A stretch of DNA of 64,000 nt, from the NCBI GenBank assembly GCA_965223325.1, contig CBDCWI010000001.1, positions 224,001 to 288,000 on the forward strand, read 5' to 3'. Made by a program: the position numbers and the translations under genes. This DNA is from Candidatus Multivoradales bacterium. GTDB lineage: Bacteria > Acidobacteriota > Thermoanaerobaculia > Multivoradales > Multivoraceae. The notes beneath the pieces are model-generated. The model was given only the letters and a program-made list of their open reading frames with translations. It made no database searches and was not told where the DNA came from. This document shows positions 58,821 through 64,000 of the stretch, in pieces (the stretch's first letter is position 1; every line of letters starts with the position of its first letter).

Positions 58821-61478
58821 ATGCCCCTCGAAGCTGGAGAGTGCCTCGGACCGTATGAAGTCATTGCGCCGCTGGGCGTCGGTGCAATGGGCGAGGTCTA
58901 TCGCGCCGTCGATACGCGCTTGGAACGACAGGTGGCGCTCAAGGTGCTGCCCGAAGACCTGCGTGCCGAGCCCGAACGCCGCGCTCGCTTCGAGCGCGAA
59001 GCACGAGTTCTATCGCGGCTCGAGGATCCACGAGTCTGTCGCCTCTACGATGTTGGAAGCGCCGATGACCGAGACTTCCTGGTCATGGAGCTACTGGAGG
59101 GAGAGTCACTCCGCGACCGCCTCGCACGTGGCCCTCTTGGACACTACGAAGCGATACGAATCGGCCAGCAGATCGCCCAGGGTCTGGCTGCGGTCCATCG
59201 CCAGGGATTGACGCACCGCGACCTGAAGCCCGCCAACATCATGTTGACGGCCAGCGGGGTCAAGCTGGTCGACTTCGGCCTCGCCAGGATGGAGCCTCCC
59301 GCGGCCCATCCCGAGATCACTTCGTCGGGGCAGGTCGTGGGTACCTACCGCTACATGTCACCCGAGCAGGCCCGCGGTGAAAAAGCAGGGCCGGCCTCCG
59401 ACCTGTTCAGTCTCGGCGTCCTGCTCTACGAACTGCTTTCGGGAGAGCGCCCCTTCAAAGCCAATGGACATGCGGAGATGATCTCGGCGCTACTTCGCGA
59501 CGAGCCGCAACCTCTCGAGTCTCATCGGGCCGACCTCCCTCCGAGGTTGGCCGAGGCGGTCCATCGCTGCCTCGCCAAGAAGCCGAAGGATCGCTTCGCG
59601 AGTGCGCTCGAGGTGTCGCGGATCCTCGAGGCCGAGGCCAGCTCCGTCGACGGAACGACCCTGATCTCGGGTGACCGACCCGCACCCGATCAGGCCGCGC
59701 ACCGGCGCAGGTTGCGTTGGGCGGCGGCAGCCATCGTTCTTGGCGCCCTCCTGGCGTTCGGCTGGTTCCTGACCGCTCGCCAGAACAGCTCCTCCGAACC
59801 GGGCTGGTCGCCCTCGACCCCGCCGCTCCAGATCGGCCGAAGAGTCGGCTACTACGGCAATCCGACTCTCGACCCGAGCGGTCGCCTCATCGCCTACGAG
59901 TTCTACGACGGGACCGGCCCCCTGGAAGACCTGCGTCTGTTCCTCTACGACCGACAAACCGGAAGCGAGCGCCAGGTACTGGACTGGTCGTCGTATCAGG
60001 GCACCCCGGCGTTCTCGCCCGAGGGACGCCGGCTCGCCTTCTCCAGCACGGGCCCGGACAACAGTGCCACGGCGAGTCTCTGGACCACAGATCTCGAAAG
60101 CGGCGCGACGCAGCGCTGGACGACCACGCCTGCCTTCTTCCCCGCCTGGTCGCCCGACGGGCGAGAGATCGCATTCTCGACCGGCTACTTCGATCCCCCA
60201 TGGGGTCTCGGCAGAGGTTCCGAGATCGCGGTTCTGGACCTCGGGAGCGGTGAGCTGCGCTACCTCGGTGCGCTCGAAGGCGGAGCCCAACAGCCCGCCT
60301 GGTCTCCAAACGGAAATCTCATTGCCTACTCGGCAATCGATCGTGACCAGACGTACCACATCCGGTTGATCGAAGCCGACGGCAGCGAGGATCGCGCTCT
60401 CACCGACGGACCCGGCCGGGCGCTAACACCGGCGTGGGGCTGTGGTGGCGAATGCCTGTACTTCCTCTCGACAGGAGAGAGCCGGGGCTTCCGCTACTCC
60501 CTCGTCCGCATGCTCATCGACCCCGAGCGGGGAAGCGCACTCTCGGAACCCGAACCAGTTGCCATCGCAGGTTATGTCGAAGACTTCGACGTCGACGACG
60601 TCGGCGACACGCTGCTCTACCTCGAACGTCAGCAACCGAGCCAGCCGTTCCTCGTCGAGGTGCTTGATGACTTCGAACCGGTCGGATCGCCAGAGAGCTT
60701 CATGCCAGCCCACGCGGGTCTGCGCGTGATGGATGTGCAAACCAGCGGTACCCTCGCGGTCTACCGGGAGACGCACGACGCCCCCTACCGCGCGCAGACC
60801 GGACTCGTCGACCTGGGTTCTGGCAGTGCCGAGTTGATCACCAAGGCCGACGTCGAAGTGCTACCGCAAACGTTCAGTGCGGACGATTCGAAGGTCCTGG
60901 TTCTCACCCGCCCGATCGAGAACGGCGGCGTCGCCCAACCACGGCAAACCGCCTGGCTAGACATTTCGAGTCACGACCTGGAGCCGATCGAAGGCTCCGA
61001 GGACATGCTCTGGGTCCACGCCTCCTTCGATCGTCGCTACCTCTCCGGTTCGCTGCAAAGCACCACCGACAAGCAATCGCTCCTACTAGACACCTGGAGC
61101 GACTCGACCGAACCCGTCGCACCGTTTCCGAATCTCGGCCCTGTCCGCATCAGAGCCTGGTCACCGACCGACTACCGAGTCCTCCTCCAAGCCGGTACGT
61201 ATTCCGAACTGCTCATCTGCTCAGTCGACGATCAAGAATGTTCCGAGCCCTTCGAGTGGCCCCACGACCCCAACGGAGACTGGTTCGAGCCTCATCGCAT
61301 TCTGTTCTCGCGTCACGGTGGGTTGATGGTCTGGGATGCCCAAGCAGGCGCGCCAGCGGTTGAGGTTGAATCACCTCTCATCACCGTTGGCAGCCGCTAT
61401 AGCCATGCCCTGCAGGCACTCGTCTTCACCGAAACCTGGGAGCGATCGACGCTCTGGGAAACCCGAGCGCCGAACTAG
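58821..61478 (+). CDS. Ser/Thr protein kinase with transmembrane helix and TolB/PD40 beta-propeller sensor
   Basis: LGVGAMGEVY, VALK, HRDLKPAN, DFGLA, YMSPEQ; PAFSPEG, PAWSPDG and PAWSPNG repeats. Confidence 0.95.
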   Translation: MPLEAGECLGPYEVIAPLGVGAMGEVYRAVDTRLERQVALKVLPEDLRAEPERRARFEREARVLSRLEDPRVCRLYDVGSADDRDFLVMELLEGESLRDRLARGPLGHYEAIRIGQQIAQGLAAVHRQGLTHRDLKPANIMLTASGVKLVDFGLARMEPPAAHPEITSSGQVVGTYRYMSPEQARGEKAGPASDLFSLGVLLYELLSGERPFKANGHAEMISALLRDEPQPLESHRADLPPRLAEAVHRCLAKKPKDRFASALEVSRILEAEASSVDGTTLISGDRPAPDQAAHRRRLRWAAAAIVLGALLAFGWFLTARQNSSSEPGWSPSTPPLQIGRRVGYYGNPTLDPSGRLIAYEFYDGTGPLEDLRLFLYDRQTGSERQVLDWSSYQGTPAFSPEGRRLAFSSTGPDNSATASLWTTDLESGATQRWTTTPAFFPAWSPDGREIAFSTGYFDPPWGLGRGSEIAVLDLGSGELRYLGALEGGAQQPAWSPNGNLIAYSAIDRDQTYHIRLIEADGSEDRALTDGPGRALTPAWGCGGECLYFLSTGESRGFRYSLVRMLIDPERGSALSEPEPVAIAGYVEDFDVDDVGDTLLYLERQQPSQPFLVEVLDDFEPVGSPESFMPAHAGLRVMDVQTSGTLAVYRETHDAPYRAQTGLVDLGSGSAELITKADVEVLPQTFSADDSKVLVLTRPIENGGVAQPRQTAWLDISSHDLEPIEGSEDMLWVHASFDRRYLSGSLQSTTDKQSLLLDTWSDSTEPVAPFPNLGPVRIRAWSPTDYRVLLQAGTYSELLICSVDDQECSEPFEWPHDPNGDWFEPHRILFSRHGGLMVWDAQAGAPAVEVESPLITVGSRYSHALQALVFTETWERSTLWETRAPN

Positions 61479-61484
61479 AGGCTC

Positions 61485-61904
61485 GCGCATTCCCGAGAGC
61501 GCTACCCGCCTCCAAGAAACCATTGCCCCAGCGCAACCACCTACGAACGGCACAAACCTTCCGCAGTCCCTGGCACCGCGGAAAGTGGGCAGAACCACAA
61601 GCGCCAGTCGCCACGCAGACAGCCGCGCCAACAACCACGTCATCCCCCGTTCCAATCCCGGGGAAACGGCCAGTACAGCCTGGCGAGCCGGCAGTGGAAT
61701 GCGCGCGGCGAACCAACGCAGGCCAAAGTCGCAACGACAGGGCGACCACCAACAAAGGCGGCCCACACACCGGACCGCTTGCGCATTCCCCCTCTGAAAT
61801 GATCAGTAGGAGGGGCCGTGGTAACGACAGCGCAATCCCGAGAGCGCTACCCGCCTCCAAAAAACCATTACCCCAGCGCGACCACCTACGAACCGCGACA
61901 AACC
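61485..61904. repeat. Imperfect ~74-bp direct repeat (61485-61558 and 61830-61904)
   Basis: Both copies read GCGCA(T/A)TCCCGAGAGCGCTACCCGCCTCCAA(G/A)AAACCATT(G/A)CCCCAGCGC(A/G)ACCACCTACGAAC. Confidence 0.92.
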
Positions 61905-61918
61905 ACGGCCCCTCCTAC
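61806..61918. mobile_element. 113-bp REPIN/MITE-like element with 17-bp perfect terminal inverted repeats beginning GTAG
   Basis: GTAGGAGGGGCCGTGGT (61806-61822) and its reverse complement ACCACGGCCCCTCCTAC (61902-61918). Confidence 0.65.
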
Positions 61919-64000
61919 CACTGCTGGCGATACCCAAAGGTCAACGTGTAGAAGTCGAGATCATCACGTGCCAGATCAGTATCGAGCATGAAGTACAGCA
62001 TGCGCGAGCGCTTGAAGGTGAATTGCAAACCAAGCCCGAGGTTGAAGTAGTTGCGATCCGGGCTGTCGGTCAGGAGGCGGAACTGCTGCGCCGAAGTATC
62101 GACGACGAAGGTTCCGGGTATGCCGCGGCTGTCGTTCTCGAACTCGTGGAACCAGGACACCCGCGCGACCGGGTTCATAATCCCCCAACTCTTCGAAACC
62201 GGCAGCGCGGTCTCGAGGCCGATCTCACCGATCGTCGACTCGATGGTCTGAGCGGCGACGGAAACCTCCAGACCGGTGTTGCCGCCTTCGGTGAAGCCAT
62301 CGATCTCGACGCGGCTGCTGGTGGCGCGCACGAAGCCACTGGTGTCGAGACGTCCGAGCTGGAAGTCGTAGCCAAGGCCACCGTTTAGCGACCACTGTTC
62401 GGCGTCTGCTGAACCGTCGGCGTAGTAGACGGTGCGACCGTTCCAGGCCAACGGCAGTTCGATTCGTCGCCTGCTGTCGAAGGTCAGGCTGCCGTAGCTC
62501 AGCGCTCCGTCAGCGTAGAAGCGACCGAACTGCGCACCGCTGTATACCGAGAGCGTGGCACCAGAGGTCTCGAGGCGACCATCGTCGTGACCGATGTCGG
62601 TGCGACTATCGATGTAGCCGAGCGCAGTTCCGATGTACGAGCGCTTCCACTTCCAGTCCAGGCCGGCGGTGACGCCACGGGTACCGATGTCGTAGCCGGG
62701 CTCGACGGCGGTGCGTTCGTGCTCGCCGATCGAGATGCGACCATTGACGAACCAGCCGAGGCGCGATTCGCCGCGCTCGTCGAGCAGATAGTTGGCGTCT
62801 CCCGAACGGTCACCGTCCTGCTCGTTTTCGGAGTCCTGTTCGCTCGCTATGCCCGCCTCCGTGCGAACCTCTTCGAGAGCCCGATCGACGGCTCGGGTTT
62901 CTGCGGCGCCTTCGGCCTCCCACGAATCCAGACCCTGGTCTAGTTGCCCGGCTGAAACACCCTGGCCTTGAATGTCGAAGCCGAGACCCGAAACCCCTGA
63001 CGGCGCGTTACCAGTACGTAGGGCGGTCTGGCGTTGCGTGACGTTCTGCATCTGCGTACGACTCGATGCCAGGGCCACGTCACCCTTGATTGGCAGGCCG
63101 GTCGGGGTGATGGCTGCTACTGCGGAGCGCGTCGCTCCCACGGTGGGCAACGTGTAGAGGTAGTCGCAGAGCTCGGCCATCGTGGCCTCGGGATCAACAC
63201 ACGCCTCGTCGAGGGCGTCGGCAATCGAATCCTCGTCGGGCTGGTCGTCGCCGAAGTGGTCACCGAGATTGCCGCGCACCGAGACCTGAAACTGCACCGT
63301 GGCTGCGCTGTTGCGATCGTGTTCTCGGCCAGCAAGACGGGCGGTAACCGTGACCATTCCGGGAAGCGTCGGCATGCGCACGCGCTGCTCAGAGTCCCCG
63401 CGAGAGTCGGAGCGAGTCAGAGTGCCAGTCTCGAGCGTTGCGACCTCGGTCGACCACTCGATCTCTGCGTTGCCAATTCCCTGATCGTTGGCGTCGATCG
63501 CGCGCACCGCCAGGGTGACCTGTTCTCCGACCTTCGAGGAAAGTTCCGTCTCCTCGGCCACCAGGCGCACGGCTCGGTCGTCGTCCTTGATCGTCACCGC
63601 TCCACCAGAGCCGGCGAACTGCGCCGTGTCACCAGTGAGCAGGGTGACCTCGACCATGAACTTCTCATCGCCTTCGGCCAGATAGTCGTCGAGAATGCCC
63701 ACCCGCACGATGCGCTCACCCGTCTGACCGGCGCCCCAGCTGACAGTCTCGGTACGGCCTTCGAAGTCTTGACCGGCGACAGCACTCATCGAAAGCGCCC
63801 GCAGCTGGACATCGACCGGGCCGGCTGAGTCTCCAGAGAGGAGCAAACGGGCCCCGAGCCGCCGTGCCGACTCGTCGACCGAAGCGGGCAGCTCGACGGT
63901 CAGCACTGGCAGGTCCTGGTCGTCGTCGAGAATCGTCACCGTCGCTCTACTCGAGCCAAGGGTGGCGCCTTGGGGGTTCGATAGCACGACGGTGAAGCTC
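61915..64000 (-). CDS. Autotransporter (type Va-like beta-barrel) with Calx-beta and Ig-like passenger domains; 5' end lies beyond the window
   Basis: Frame is open to the window edge (SFTVVLSNPQGATLG); ATVTILDDD and ILDDYLAEGDEKF Calx-beta motifs; amphipathic barrel strands ending GYRQQW. Confidence 0.9.
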   Translation of the reverse strand, partial: SFTVVLSNPQGATLGSSRATVTILDDDQDLPVLTVELPASVDESARRLGARLLLSGDSAGPVDVQLRALSMSAVAGQDFEGRTETVSWGAGQTGERIVRVGILDDYLAEGDEKFMVEVTLLTGDTAQFAGSGGAVTIKDDDRAVRLVAEETELSSKVGEQVTLAVRAIDANDQGIGNAEIEWSTEVATLETGTLTRSDSRGDSEQRVRMPTLPGMVTVTARLAGREHDRNSAATVQFQVSVRGNLGDHFGDDQPDEDSIADALDEACVDPEATMAELCDYLYTLPTVGATRSAVAAITPTGLPIKGDVALASSRTQMQNVTQRQTALRTGNAPSGVSGLGFDIQGQGVSAGQLDQGLDSWEAEGAAETRAVDRALEEVRTEAGIASEQDSENEQDGDRSGDANYLLDERGESRLGWFVNGRISIGEHERTAVEPGYDIGTRGVTAGLDWKWKRSYIGTALGYIDSRTDIGHDDGRLETSGATLSVYSGAQFGRFYADGALSYGSLTFDSRRRIELPLAWNGRTVYYADGSADAEQWSLNGGLGYDFQLGRLDTSGFVRATSSRVEIDGFTEGGNTGLEVSVAAQTIESTIGEIGLETALPVSKSWGIMNPVARVSWFHEFENDSRGIPGTFVVDTSAQQFRLLTDSPDRNYFNLGLGLQFTFKRSRMLYFMLDTDLARDDLDFYTLTFGYRQQW

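Noticed and set aside
61485-61904. Direct repeats as a CRISPR array
   Set aside because: Only two ~74-bp copies about 270 bp apart, and no cas genes.
61336-61951. Overlapping 130-150-aa ORFs in the kinase/autotransporter gap
   Set aside because: They translate the repeat element, overlap real genes and show no protein motifs.

Overview
GC-rich bacterial chromosomal window with about 36 protein genes. I found no rRNA, tRNA, CRISPR array or transposase. The gene content (kinase-PD40 and PQQ-propeller proteins, VPS10/BNR hydrolase, paired secreted amidohydrolases, C-terminal F.D.FESG motifs) suggests Acidobacteriota, possibly Thermoanaerobaculia; this is inference. In order: a two-subunit RND efflux operon (left end truncated), a receiver-domain protein, a Wzx-JAB-Ubl/E1/rhodanese-MBL cluster, Zn-free-type L28/S14/L31B ribosomal proteins, YdbS/YdbT, an amidohydrolase pair, a VPS10-like hydrolase, an M20 hydrolase, an SSS transporter, CBS, GcvR and GlpD, a two-gene caspase-fold/kinase locus, an esterase, GH9, a BVMO, a ~4000-aa adhesin ending in a gingipain (C25) domain, an acyl-CoA synthetase, a PQQ propeller, a kinase-PD40 protein, a REP-like element and a Calx-beta autotransporter (right end truncated). 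The best candidate for an undescribed system is at 32347-35898. There a secreted Sel1/coiled-coil pseudo-caspase (catalytic Cys replaced by Ala) is encoded directly before a membrane Ser/Thr kinase whose extracytoplasmic domain is a paralogous caspase with an intact dyad. All assignments come from motif reading, not database searches.
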